From assembly GCA_964579415.1 (NCBI GenBank), contig CAZOGW010000002.1, positions 14,612-78,611 on the forward strand: a stretch of DNA of 64,000 nt, written 5' to 3'. The position numbers were made by a program, and so were the translations under genes. A model generated the notes under the pieces. The model was not told where the DNA came from. It was given only the letters and a program-made list of their open reading frames with translations, and searched no databases. The stretch comes from an uncultured Acidimicrobiaceae bacterium. Its GTDB lineage: Bacteria; Actinomycetota; Acidimicrobiia; Spongiisociales; UBA5794. This document shows positions 17,964 through 27,597 of this stretch, piece after piece. Position 1 is the first letter of the stretch; the number at the start of each line of letters is the position of its first letter.

Positions 17964-20961
17964 ATGTGTTGCCGTCGCAGTCCATGGCACGACCAGCCAG
18001 CAGGGGGCGCAGCAGGTCGGAGATCTGCTGTGCCCGGTGAGCGAAGGTGTGGTGCCCGAGAACCAGATCGCGGCCCCGGCGGGCGCGTTCGGTCCGCGAC
18101 CAATCGTTGCCGAGGAGGTCGCCTACGAGGCCGGCGAGGTCGTCGGTGCCGGAGTAGGTGTCCACCACGCCGTCGAACAGAGCACCGAGACCCTCCACGA
18201 GGTCGGACACCACGACGGCGCCGCTGGCCAACGCGTCGAAGACCGCGGGGGCCACGATGCCGTGCTCCGCCAGCTCCGGCAAGTGACGGTGAACGACGAC
18301 GCCCGCCGAGGCGTACATCTCGGCGAGTCGGCCCTCCCAGGCCGGTGGCTCGACGTCCTCGACGGCGTCGCCGTCCTCGCTGGTGACCGGCTCTCCGGCG
18401 GCAGGCGCCTGCTCTGTGGATATCGAAGCCCCGGTGACGTAGACGACCTCTGCGGTAAGGCCCGGATCGGGCTCGGCGCTACCGAACTGCGTGCCGTCGG
18501 CGGCGAACGGCAGGTGGACGACAGGCACGCTCGCCTCCGCCGCCAGTCGCTCCGCGGCGCGTGCCGACGCGACACAGACAAGGTCGTACCTCTCACACTC
18601 CTGAGGGGTGACCTCGCCGGCGTGGCTGGTGATCCAGAGCACGTTGACCTGGGCGCTCTTGGGTGTGTACCGGACCGCTCCGCGGAGGTGGACGACCACG
18701 TCGACATCCTGCCGGTCTTCCCTGTCCCAGTCGGGGAGGAAGTGGATCTCACCGGCGAACCCCTGCGTTTCCATCGCCCGCAACAGACTGCGGGCGACGT
18801 GGTGGTCGTTCGAGCCGGCCGCCTCCTCAGCATCGATGGCGGCCACCTTGGCCGCCACGCGGGGCCGCTCCACCGTGGCCATGGCCAGCTCGGCGAACTC
18901 GCGGGCGCGCTGGCCGTAGGTGTGACGCTCGAGGACCGTGGCGCGCAGCTTGTCCGCCAGTTCGCGACGCGCCGCCTCGTCGCCGAGGTAGCGGTCGAGA
19001 AGTTCCCGCAGCTCCCGCCCGTCACGGTAGGTGGGTAACAGCCCTCCGAACAGCTCCGCGGATCCGATCGGGTTGTTGGACACGACGAGGGTGCCGCAGG
19101 CGAGGGCATCGAAGACCCTGCTGTTGACGAACCCGTGCGGGAGGGTGTGGTGGGCGGTGTCGTCGAGCAGAATGTCGACCGACCGGTACACGTCCGGCAG
19201 GAGTTCGTAGGGAAGGTGCCCTCGCCAGTAGCGGAGCGCCAGCGGTTCCTCCCGCCAGTTCTTGCCGAAGAGGAGGAATCGCTCCCCGGTACGGACGTCG
19301 AGGTCGCCCAGGACGCTCCGACCGAAGCCCCAGTTGTTGCCGGTGAACGCGTAGTCGGCACGAAACGTAACCGAAGCCGCTCCGGGCTGGAAACGCTCCG
19401 GGTTCGTGGCGAGGGGTAGCACCGGGGGCTCACGCAGGGCGAACCTTGCCAGTGCCTCGGCGGCGAGGTGGCTCGACGCGACCACCTGGTCGTAGGCGTC
19501 GAACCATGGGTGAGACATCCAGCGCTCCACCCAGTTACGCACCCAGGCGATGGTTACAGCTCCTGTCGGTGCTCGCCTTACGTCGAACGAGTCGAGCAAC
19601 CCGATGACGACGTCCACGTCGTCGGGCAACTCGTACCAGCGGTGCCCGCGCCGCTCGGCGTACACGACCTCCCAGCCCTGGGCGGCGAAAGCGTCGCCGA
19701 GTTCGTGGGCCGTGTACCAGTCGCCCCAGCCCTTGGTGACATCGTCCTCGGTGATTGTGATGGCGACCTTGGGGGGCGAGCCGCCGGCCCACACACCCTG
19801 CCCGCCGAGGCGGGCCCTCCTCACCGAGCGGGACACCAGGGGTCCCCACGTCTCGGCATACTGTCGCCAGTTGCCCATGTGGTTGATGCGGGCTACATCC
19901 CGGGCGAGGCCGCGCCTGGTAGAAGACTCGGCGTGGAACAGCACCGCCTCTCCGGCCAGGGCGATGCGGCCGTGGCGCCGCAGCTTGAGACAGAGGTCCA
20001 GGTCCTCGCACCCGTACACGTAGCCCGGAGTGAATCCTCCCACCGCCTCGAAGCCGCTCCGGGTCACCAGGAGTGCCGCCCCGGTGGCCGCCGCCACCTC
20101 GATCGTCTCAACGAGTGCCGGGTCGGTGGGGTCGGACCATTCGATGTTGGTGGCGTGAGGGGCTCCCTCGCGGAAACCGAAGCGGATCCCGCGGTGTTGA
20201 ACGGTGCAGGCGGTTCCTCCCTGGCCGGTTTCACGATGCACCATGAGCGCCCCCACGGCCACCCATCCCCCGCCGCCGCCGAGGGTGGCCACCATCGCTC
20301 CCAGCCAGTCGTCGGTGATCGGCTCGACGTCGTTGTTGAGGAACAGGAGCAGGTCCCCCCCTGCCAGTTCCGCCGCCTGGTTGTTGCCCTCGGAGAACGA
20401 AGCGTTCTCCTGGTTCCTCACCACTCGCAGCGGGAAACTCCAGTCGCTACCGAGGACATCGGCGGTGTCGTCACCGGACGCGTTGTCCACGACGACGACC
20501 TCAAAGGAGCGGTACCGGGTGGCATCGAGCGCCGGGAGCAGCCGTCGCAGGTGGTGGGCACCGTCGCGGGTGAGGATGATGATGGTCACCAGCGGGCCTG
20601 ACACCGGGTGGCGCGCCGGGCGCAACTCGGCGATCCGCCCGGCCACGTCCTCCCGGGACTTCCTGGCCGGGACCGCTCTTGTCATCGCGGGCGCGGGGAC
20701 CGGATCGGCGGCAACGGGCTTCTTCCGCCCTCGCGCCAGATCAAAGAGGGGACGGAGCGGGCGGGTCAGTGCGAGCGACAGCCGTACGATGCGCCGCCCG
20801 GCAAGACGCTCGTAGGAGCGCTGCGCCGCCTCGGCGACGCGCTCCGCCGACCGGGCCTGCGCCGCCAGGTCGGCGAGCTCCTCCTTCAGTCTGATGTTCT
20901 CGCGCTGCAGCGCCTCCGGGGGCGGCGTAGCACCGGTCGGCAGGGGGTGATCGTCGGGCAT
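17956..20961 (-). CDS. Giant multidomain glycosyltransferase: N-terminal coiled coil, a GT2 domain, then two GT-B (GT4-like) domains
   Basis: GT2 domain: IIILTRDGAHHLRRLLPAL...FEVVVVDNASGDDT...LLFLNNDVEP. GT4-like domain: HTLPHGFVNSRVFDALACGTLVVSNN...LLDRYL. The coiled coil ends in the RRIVRLSLALTRPLRPLFDLARG motif. Confidence 0.75.
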   Translation of the reverse strand: MPDDHPLPTGATPPPEALQRENIRLKEELADLAAQARSAERVAEAAQRSYERLAGRRIVRLSLALTRPLRPLFDLARGRKKPVAADPVPAPAMTRAVPARKSREDVAGRIAELRPARHPVSGPLVTIIILTRDGAHHLRRLLPALDATRYRSFEVVVVDNASGDDTADVLGSDWSFPLRVVRNQENASFSEGNNQAAELAGGDLLLFLNNDVEPITDDWLGAMVATLGGGGGWVAVGALMVHRETGQGGTACTVQHRGIRFGFREGAPHATNIEWSDPTDPALVETIEVAAATGAALLVTRSGFEAVGGFTPGYVYGCEDLDLCLKLRRHGRIALAGEAVLFHAESSTRRGLARDVARINHMGNWRQYAETWGPLVSRSVRRARLGGQGVWAGGSPPKVAITITEDDVTKGWGDWYTAHELGDAFAAQGWEVVYAERRGHRWYELPDDVDVVIGLLDSFDVRRAPTGAVTIAWVRNWVERWMSHPWFDAYDQVVASSHLAAEALARFALREPPVLPLATNPERFQPGAASVTFRADYAFTGNNWGFGRSVLGDLDVRTGERFLLFGKNWREEPLALRYWRGHLPYELLPDVYRSVDILLDDTAHHTLPHGFVNSRVFDALACGTLVVSNNPIGSAELFGGLLPTYRDGRELRELLDRYLGDEAARRELADKLRATVLERHTYGQRAREFAELAMATVERPRVAAKVAAIDAEEAAGSNDHHVARSLLRAMETQGFAGEIHFLPDWDREDRQDVDVVVHLRGAVRYTPKSAQVNVLWITSHAGEVTPQECERYDLVCVASARAAERLAAEASVPVVHLPFAADGTQFGSAEPDPGLTAEVVYVTGASISTEQAPAAGEPVTSEDGDAVEDVEPPAWEGRLAEMYASAGVVVHRHLPELAEHGIVAPAVFDALASGAVVVSDLVEGLGALFDGVVDTYSGTDDLAGLVGDLLGNDWSRTERARRGRDLVLGHHTFAHRAQQISDLLRPLLAGRAMDCDGNTYG

Positions 20962-21029
20962 GCCGGGGAGTCTAAGTGGGCCGGAGCGACCGGCCCATCG
21001 CCACGGTGTGCCGTGTCGGGCCGATCACA

Positions 21030-21100
21030 CCTACGGTCGAGCGCTCTTCGGCGAGGAATCGGGCGCCATCATGCGCGGGATATCTCCATGGGACAGGACA
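21030..21100. other. Degenerate duplicate of the 5' end and leader of the nucleotide-sugar dehydrogenase gene (gene-start remnant)
   Basis: 21041-21090 (gctcttcggcgaggaatcgggcgccatcatgcgcgggatatctccatggg) aligns at about 80% to 15729-15780, which holds the ATG and first 11 codons of the dehydrogenase plus the upstream ccc[a]ggatat motif. The remnant reading frame terminates after 13 codons. Confidence 0.6.
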
Positions 21101-21123
21101 CGAATGAAGGGGCCACCACCGTG

Positions 21124-23520
21124 TCAGGGGATGCTCACCTTCACCTCGCATCTCGTCGCCGTGTCCGTGCCGGAGCCGCCGTGGCAGGTGTCGGTGTTGC
21201 CGCCTCCGCGGAGGTCGTCGGCGCCGCTGCCGCCGTACAGGGCGTCGGCGCCGGCTCCACCCCGGATCAGATCGGGACCGGCGTTCCCGTAGAGCGTGTC
21301 GTTCCCTGCCCCGCCGTCGACGGTGTCGCTGCCGTCGCCACCGCGCAGTATGTCGCCCCCGGCCTCCCCGTGAAGGGTGTCGTTACCCTTGCCTCCGTAC
21401 AGAAGGTCGTCGCCGGTGCCGCCGAGGATCAAGTCGTTCCCGGTGTTTCCCCAGAGGCGGTCATGCCCTCCCCCGCCGTGCAGGTAGTCGCTGTCGCTGC
21501 CGCCGCGCAACCGGTCGTCCCCTCCGGCACCACGGAGCGTGTCGCGACCTGTGCCGCCCCCCAGCTTGTCGTTCCCGGGACCCCCGTAGAGCAGGTCGGC
21601 GTCGGAGCCGCCGCTGATCTCGTCGTCGCCCCGCTGGCCGTAGAGCCGGTCGACCCCGCCCTCACCGTAGAGGCGGTCCTTGCCGGTGCCGCCGAGGATC
21701 AGGTCGTCGCCGACCCCGCCATGGATCGTGTCGGCTCCGCTCCCCCCGAAGACCACGTCGTTGCCGGGACCGGCGTAGACGCGGTCGTTGCCGGAGCCTC
21801 CGCAGATCACGTCGTTACCGCCGCGGCCGTGGATCACATCGTGACCCCGCCCCGCCCAGATGATGTCATTCCCCTTGGTGCCGTAGATGACGTCGTTGCC
21901 CGAGGTGCCCAGGATGGTGGCCCGCTCTCTGGTACACCACCACGCCTCGTTGTCGGCGGTGGCCGTATCGCACTTCCACCCGGCGGGGACGAACCACGAT
22001 GTCGGCGAGGCGCCAGGGATCGCCGTGTTGCCCAGGTACACGTCGAGGACGCCGTTGGTGCGGAGCAGGAACAGGTCGTCACGGCCGTCGCCGTCGAAGT
22101 CGTTGGCGAGGACGTCCGCCCAGGCGCCGGAGGCGGGCAGCGTCCTCGTCTCGTTGACTGTGCCATAGCCGTTGAGCAGGATGCGAACCTTGGCCCGGTC
22201 GATCGCATACAGGTCGGGCAGGTCGTCGACGTTGCGGTCGCCGAGGGTGAACTGCCACGAGCGAGTGTCGCCGAGCGGGGTTGCGGTGTCGGCGAGCTTG
22301 GACTTGTAGCCTCCCTTGCCGTTCCACACCTCGACCCGGGTGGCGGTCGCCGAACGGCGGATGACGAACAGGTCCTGCACGCCGTCGCGGTTGTGGTCTC
22401 CCAGCAGGTAGGCGGCGCCGGCCGAAGGCTTGACCGCGGTCGACAACTTCACGGTCTTCTTGAACTCCTTGGAGCGTAGAGCCACCTCCATCGCCACCGT
22501 GGAGCCTTTGCTGTCGATGAACCAGATGTCGGTGCGGCCGTGGCGCTCGTAGTCGGCGTAGGCGACCAGGCGACCACGCCGCGTCACCGCCGGCACCACG
22601 AACGACGAGGCGGCGCAGGCCCGGTGCAGTTGGTGGGTGCGGGAGAACTCCACCAGGAGGGAGGTGCCGGCGTCGCCCACCTCTACGACATCGGCGAGGC
22701 CGTTGCCGGTGAAGTCGGCCAACGCCTGCGGCTTGCCCGCCTCCGTGGGACCGATGGCGGCGACGTCGTAGGTGGCGGCGAGGGTGGTGAAGTTGGCCGG
22801 GCTGGTGGTGGGCGGGTACGGCTTGGGGACGGTGCCGTAACCCGGGGTGGCGTTGGGGCCCATCCAACTGAAGTGCATGGTGTCCTTGATGTCCATCCAG
22901 TCGCCGCCCCAGCAGAACCCGGCGTCGCGCCACGCCTGGACGAACCAGTCCGGCATGTCGGTGATCTTCGTGTTGTCGGAGCGGTAGGGGTTGGTGGTCC
23001 AGTTGATGTCGATGGTGGCGCCGAAGGTGTGGTTGGAGATGCTGAAGGAGCCACCCACCGTGCGCGGCACGTAGGTGGCGGTATCGCCGCTGCGGATGCG
23101 GTAAGGCTTACCGGGATTGGCGGCGGCAGCGGCGACGAGGTTGGCGCCTGCCTTCTGGAACGCCGGGAGCGCCCGCTCGTGGACCCTCACCACCTTGCCG
23201 CCGCTCAGCGGCACGGTCCAGTTGACCAGTTCGCTCGAGAGCTGGCCGATGGTGCGCCCGAAGAAGTCGCCGCGGTACCCGCGTATCCGGTCCGGCGACG
23301 ACAGCGGGCCGGAGCGGGTATGGAGCGGGTTCGACGTCGACGGGGGGCCGCAGCCCGCCGACTCGTTGAAGGAGGGGAACCCGCCACCTTCCCCGGCGAG
23401 TCCTTCCCCCAGCCCGTCGCCATGCGCCGGGTGATAACCCTCATGCTCGGGGGGGATCGGGTCGTCCGCAGGCTGGGACCAGGCCGGAGGCGCCGTCATC
23501 GTCACCAGGCCGAGCGCCAT
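21124..23520 (-). CDS. Secreted three-part protein: LAS/M15-like (VanY-type) D,D-peptidase domain, FG-GAP/VCBS repeats, then C-terminal RTX beta-roll
   Basis: Signal-peptide-like MALGLVTMTAPPAWSQP; the ORF is open further upstream, so the start is uncertain. Peptidase-like region SGDTATYVP...HTFGATIDINW...DTMHFSW. FG-GAP motifs (DFTGNGLADVV, GDHNRDGVQDLFVI, NDFDGDGRDDLFLL). About 25 GGxGxD repeats and a terminal CHGGSGTDTATRCEVKVSIP cap. Confidence 0.7.
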   Translation of the reverse strand: MALGLVTMTAPPAWSQPADDPIPPEHEGYHPAHGDGLGEGLAGEGGGFPSFNESAGCGPPSTSNPLHTRSGPLSSPDRIRGYRGDFFGRTIGQLSSELVNWTVPLSGGKVVRVHERALPAFQKAGANLVAAAAANPGKPYRIRSGDTATYVPRTVGGSFSISNHTFGATIDINWTTNPYRSDNTKITDMPDWFVQAWRDAGFCWGGDWMDIKDTMHFSWMGPNATPGYGTVPKPYPPTTSPANFTTLAATYDVAAIGPTEAGKPQALADFTGNGLADVVEVGDAGTSLLVEFSRTHQLHRACAASSFVVPAVTRRGRLVAYADYERHGRTDIWFIDSKGSTVAMEVALRSKEFKKTVKLSTAVKPSAGAAYLLGDHNRDGVQDLFVIRRSATATRVEVWNGKGGYKSKLADTATPLGDTRSWQFTLGDRNVDDLPDLYAIDRAKVRILLNGYGTVNETRTLPASGAWADVLANDFDGDGRDDLFLLRTNGVLDVYLGNTAIPGASPTSWFVPAGWKCDTATADNEAWWCTRERATILGTSGNDVIYGTKGNDIIWAGRGHDVIHGRGGNDVICGGSGNDRVYAGPGNDVVFGGSGADTIHGGVGDDLILGGTGKDRLYGEGGVDRLYGQRGDDEISGGSDADLLYGGPGNDKLGGGTGRDTLRGAGGDDRLRGGSDSDYLHGGGGHDRLWGNTGNDLILGGTGDDLLYGGKGNDTLHGEAGGDILRGGDGSDTVDGGAGNDTLYGNAGPDLIRGGAGADALYGGSGADDLRGGGNTDTCHGGSGTDTATRCEVKVSIP

Positions 23521-23720
23521 GGCAATCCCCACTACCCGCCGGCCACCACGGCGCAGTCCTTGATGAAGCTGTCGGCTCGTCACCCAGGCGAGGCTAACCC
23601 AGGTGGCGATATAGGCGACTTCCTCGCGGGCAGGCCCGTGCCCGGAAGCGGTTACTCCACGATGCCCTCCCCTGCCACTACAATCCACCCGCCGCCGCCG
23701 GGCCATCCCCCGGGAGAACG

Positions 23721-26700
23721 ATGCACCGTTTCTTCAAACCTGCCATCCGCCCACTTCTGGAGGCGACGAAGCCTTCTCTGGTGGTGGAGATCGGCAGCGA
23801 CTGGGGCCACGGCACCGAACTGCTCGCCACCTGGTGCCACGCCAACGGGGCTGCCCTGCACATCGTGGACCCGCTCCCCAAGTACGACGTGGACGAGTGG
23901 GCGCAGCGATGGCCGGGATCCGTCACCTTCCACCTGGACTTGTCGCTCAACGCACTGGTCGATCTCGACGCCCCCGACATGGTGTGCATCGACGGAGACC
24001 ACAACTGGTACACGGTGTACCACGAGTTGGAGCTCCTGGCACGCTCGGCCAGCGAGGCGGGGCGCCCCTTCCCGCTGACGCTGTTCCACGACGTGGCATG
24101 GCCCTACGGCCGCCGCGACCTCTACTACGACCCGGCCACGATCCCCGAGGCTCACCGCCATCCCTACCGCAAGGGAGGGCTGGTCCCCGGCCAGCGAGCG
24201 CTGACGGAGAGCGGCTTCAACGACCATCTCGACAACGCCCTCCACGAGGGGACGCTCCGCAACGGGGTTCGCACCGCCGTCGAGGACTTCGTCGCCGACC
24301 GCCCGCACCTGGCGCTCCACGTCGTTCCCGGCCTGCATGGACTCGGCATCGTCGTCGACGACGCCGCCGATGCGGCCGTGCACGAGGCCATCGCCGACGT
24401 CACCGGCCCAAGCGGGCTGATGCGGGTGATCGAAGCCGTCGAGGAGGACCGGCTGGCACGGCTGCAGAGGCTGTCCGAGATGCAGAAGGAACTCGTGCAG
24501 GAACGGGAGCGCGCCGGGCGGACCCGGGCCGAGGCTGCGCACCACGCCGAGCGGGCAGAGGCGCTGGCGGCACAGGTGAGTGCGCTCGGCGAGAACCTCG
24601 CCGAGGCGCGGGCACAGGCCGCGGAACTGGAGACCCTCCTCACACGGACCCGGCTCCGGGTCAGGAAGGAGAAGCGGCTGGCGGCGAGACGGCAGCGAGC
24701 ACTCGACAAGAAGGTCCGGGCGCTCGACAGGTCCCAGCGGTCGCTCGCCACCGTCCGCAGCAGGCTCGATGCCGCCGAGGCGGAGTCACGTGCCCTCAAG
24801 CGTCGGCTCGGGGCTGCCGAGGCCGACTACTCGCGGCTCCGCAACCGGCGCTCGGTGCGCCTCACGTTGCGGATGGCCTCCCTGTTCCGCCCGCTCTTCC
24901 GGCTTCGCCGCGGCCAGGGGTCCCGCAAGACGTCGACGCCGGCGACGTCGGCACGGGACGACGGCGCCAAGGAGGGCAAGCCAGGTAGCCGACCGCCCGC
25001 CGGGGCGACCGCGCCCGCCGACCCGGCGCCCGTAAGGCTGACGCCGTCGACCGCCGCAGCAGCACAGCCATCGCCGGAGGCCGCCGGCCGGCGCCGTCCA
25101 CGACGGATCAGGTCGCCCCGGGCAGCCCGCGCCGGCCGGGCTCTCTGGGCGGGCTTCGGCGGCATCGCCTCCGCCGAACTGGACAAGCTGGTGCAGGCAC
25201 GGCACGACTCCCCCGCCGAGGCTTCCCGTGCCGCCCTGGAACTGGCCAGGTGGTGGCGCTACCACGGCGACCTCGACAGGGCGCTGGACCTGGCTCGCCT
25301 GAGCCGGGCGGCACGGCCTGACGCCCCCTGGTCACGGGACGGGCAGTTCCTCGAAGCAGACGTCCTCCACGAATTGGGGCTTGCCGAAGAGGGCCGGTAC
25401 CTGCTCGACCACATGCTGGAGGGGGCACCCGACGACCCGCACCTGTTGTTGCGCCTTGCCAACACCTTCGCCTCACCGGCGGGGCCTGCCGGCGATCGGG
25501 ACGACCTGACCCGGCTCGCCATCATCAATCAGGTCCTCGCCAACGCCGGGCTGTCTTCCCTCCGTCTCGCCGACGCCGGCAGGGGTTTGCGCATCGACAA
25601 CCTCGCCGGGACCGGCCCCGAGCCGGTGCCGCACCAGGGCCCGGAGCCGCTGGTGTCGGTGGTCGTCCCGGCGTTCAACGCCTCCGACTGGTTGGCGACC
25701 TCGGTCGGTTCCATCCTGGCTCAGACTTGGCCGCGGATCGAGGTCGTCATCGTCGACGACGCCAGCAGCGACGGGACCGTCGAGGTGGCGCAGGAACTGG
25801 CAGCCCGGGATCGGCGGGTCCGGGTGCTCCGGCAATCGACCAACCGGGGCGCCTACGCGGCACGCAACCGGGGGGTGGCGTCGGCAACAGGCGACTTCGT
25901 CACCGTCAACGACTCCGACGACTGGTCCCACCCGGAGCGCATCGCCCGCGAGGTGCGGGCCCTGGTGGACGATCCCGACATCGTGGGTGTGATGCCCCAC
26001 CGCAGCCGCGTCACCGCCGATCTGGTGTTCATCGAGCCCACGGTGCGGTCCCGCCCCGAACGGGTCATCCCCGACATCTCGTCGCTGATGGTGCGCCGCG
26101 CCACCCTCGAAGAGGTGGGGCCGTGGGACGAGGTCCGCGCCGCCGGCGACCACGAGTTCGGCAAGCGGCTCGAGGCGTACTACGGCCCGGAGGCGGTGTT
26201 ACGTATCCATCCCGAGGCGCCGATGTCGCTCTCCCTGCGCCTCCCCGAGTCGATCTCGGCGGCGGGAGCGACCTCCATCCTCTCCCGGCATCACGTCATC
26301 GGGGCTCGGCGTCTCTACCACCAGGCGCTGGCACACTGGCACGACTCGCCGTCGTTCCGGGAGTCGCTGCCGTTCCGACCGGGAGAACCGCGACCCTTCC
26401 CCGCGCCGCGACCGATCACCGACGGGGATCCGGGCGGCACCCGAACCCGTCCCGACCTGGTGTTCCTCTCCGACTTCACCCCGTCCGGGGCCACCGCCGC
26501 CGCCGTCGAGGAGCTGGCGGCACAGTCGTCGGCCGGGCTTACGACGGCGCTCGTCCACAACCCGTCCTACCACGGGCGCTTCCTCGACCCCATCAGCGCC
26601 CGGGTCTGGGACGCCGCCGGCAGCACCGCCCTGCTGCTCGGCAAGGACGAGCGGATCGACACCGATCTCCTCGTCATCCGGGATCCCTGGATCGCCGAGC

Positions 26701-27482
26701 ACTTCGTCGACGGCCTTCCCACCGTCACCGCCGCCCGCACCATCGTGGTCATCAACCGCCCACCGCACCGGTCGTCCGGGCGACCGGTCCCCGACCTGGA
26801 CACGGTGATACGCAACGTGCGAGCTCGCTACGGTGACCAGGTCGTGTGGTACCCCGGCGATCCGTCGCTACGGCGGTCCCTGGAGGAGCTACGAACCGGC
26901 GCCGCGGGCGGCATCCGCCTCGCCGCCGAGGATTGGGCCGACGTCATCGACGTCGACGCGTGGCGGGGACCGCTGCGCCGGGTCGACGGCCCCACGGTCC
27001 GGGTCGGCCTGAGCCGCCGAGGCGCCCAACCGGAAAGGCAGGTCGGCCTCCCGGATCTCTCGGCCCATCTGCACCACGGCGACGTCACCATCCACACTCT
27101 CGGAGAAGCCGAGTTCGGTGGCGGATCCCTGCCGGGTGCCGGGCCCGTCGATGACGCGGACCCGGTGAGGGACTTCCTCGACGGTCTCGACATCTACGTC
27201 CACCTCGACGCCTCCACCGGGACAACCGATCGGACCTTGCTCGCCGCCCTCGCCGTGGGTATCCCGATCGTGACCGGCACCGGCCTCGCTCCGCTGCTGG
27301 GCCCGGCGGCCGTCTACGCCGCGCCCGAGGATGTGCTCGACGCCATCTTCGACCTCCGTGACGACCCGCGACGGTACGAAGCGCAGGTCCGCAGCGGCTG
27401 GCGCCTCGTCGAGGAACGATTCAGCCACCAGGCCCACATCGAGCGCCTCGGCGAGCTACGCGCCGGAATCACCCTGCTCTGA
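23721..27482 (+). CDS. 1253-aa multidomain protein: class I SAM-methyltransferase-like N-domain, long coiled coil, GT2 glycosyltransferase domain, and a C-terminal GT-B-like domain
   Basis: N-domain: LVVEIGSDWGHGT...IDGDHNWYTVY (Methyltransf_24-like DGDH). Coiled coil: 260-400, ending in RSVRLTLRMASLFRPLFRLRRGQG. GT2 domain: LVSVVVPAFNASDWLATSVGSILAQTWPRIEVVIVDDASSDGT...DSDD. C-terminus: LDIYVHLDAS...LAALAVGIPIVTG. Confidence 0.7.
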   Translation: MHRFFKPAIRPLLEATKPSLVVEIGSDWGHGTELLATWCHANGAALHIVDPLPKYDVDEWAQRWPGSVTFHLDLSLNALVDLDAPDMVCIDGDHNWYTVYHELELLARSASEAGRPFPLTLFHDVAWPYGRRDLYYDPATIPEAHRHPYRKGGLVPGQRALTESGFNDHLDNALHEGTLRNGVRTAVEDFVADRPHLALHVVPGLHGLGIVVDDAADAAVHEAIADVTGPSGLMRVIEAVEEDRLARLQRLSEMQKELVQERERAGRTRAEAAHHAERAEALAAQVSALGENLAEARAQAAELETLLTRTRLRVRKEKRLAARRQRALDKKVRALDRSQRSLATVRSRLDAAEAESRALKRRLGAAEADYSRLRNRRSVRLTLRMASLFRPLFRLRRGQGSRKTSTPATSARDDGAKEGKPGSRPPAGATAPADPAPVRLTPSTAAAAQPSPEAAGRRRPRRIRSPRAARAGRALWAGFGGIASAELDKLVQARHDSPAEASRAALELARWWRYHGDLDRALDLARLSRAARPDAPWSRDGQFLEADVLHELGLAEEGRYLLDHMLEGAPDDPHLLLRLANTFASPAGPAGDRDDLTRLAIINQVLANAGLSSLRLADAGRGLRIDNLAGTGPEPVPHQGPEPLVSVVVPAFNASDWLATSVGSILAQTWPRIEVVIVDDASSDGTVEVAQELAARDRRVRVLRQSTNRGAYAARNRGVASATGDFVTVNDSDDWSHPERIAREVRALVDDPDIVGVMPHRSRVTADLVFIEPTVRSRPERVIPDISSLMVRRATLEEVGPWDEVRAAGDHEFGKRLEAYYGPEAVLRIHPEAPMSLSLRLPESISAAGATSILSRHHVIGARRLYHQALAHWHDSPSFRESLPFRPGEPRPFPAPRPITDGDPGGTRTRPDLVFLSDFTPSGATAAAVEELAAQSSAGLTTALVHNPSYHGRFLDPISARVWDAAGSTALLLGKDERIDTDLLVIRDPWIAEHFVDGLPTVTAARTIVVINRPPHRSSGRPVPDLDTVIRNVRARYGDQVVWYPGDPSLRRSLEELRTGAAGGIRLAAEDWADVIDVDAWRGPLRRVDGPTVRVGLSRRGAQPERQVGLPDLSAHLHHGDVTIHTLGEAEFGGGSLPGAGPVDDADPVRDFLDGLDIYVHLDASTGTTDRTLLAALAVGIPIVTGTGLAPLLGPAAVYAAPEDVLDAIFDLRDDPRRYEAQVRSGWRLVEERFSHQAHIERLGELRAGITLL

Positions 27483-27529
27483 CCGGTCCGTTCAGATCCG
27501 GACGCCCATGCACGCACGGCTCTACCGGC

Positions 27530-27553
27530 CACTGGCTACTGGCTACTGGCTAC
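27530..27553. repeat. Tandem heptamer array (ACTGGCT / GGCTACT)x3 in a convergent intergenic region
   Basis: Read directly: ccactggctactggctactggctacgcc. Confidence 0.85.
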
Positions 27554-27597
27554 GCCGCCGGCCACCAGGAACGTCGCCGAAATTGACGCGGCGGCCC

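Noticed and set aside
23521-23720. Divergent intergenic region between the M15-FG-GAP-RTX gene and the 1253-aa GT gene as a site for a small regulatory gene or riboswitch
   Set aside because: No conserved riboswitch-like motif or ORF with coding character recognised by eye. The ORF of the minus gene also remains open through this region, so the true start, and hence the intergenic length, is uncertain.
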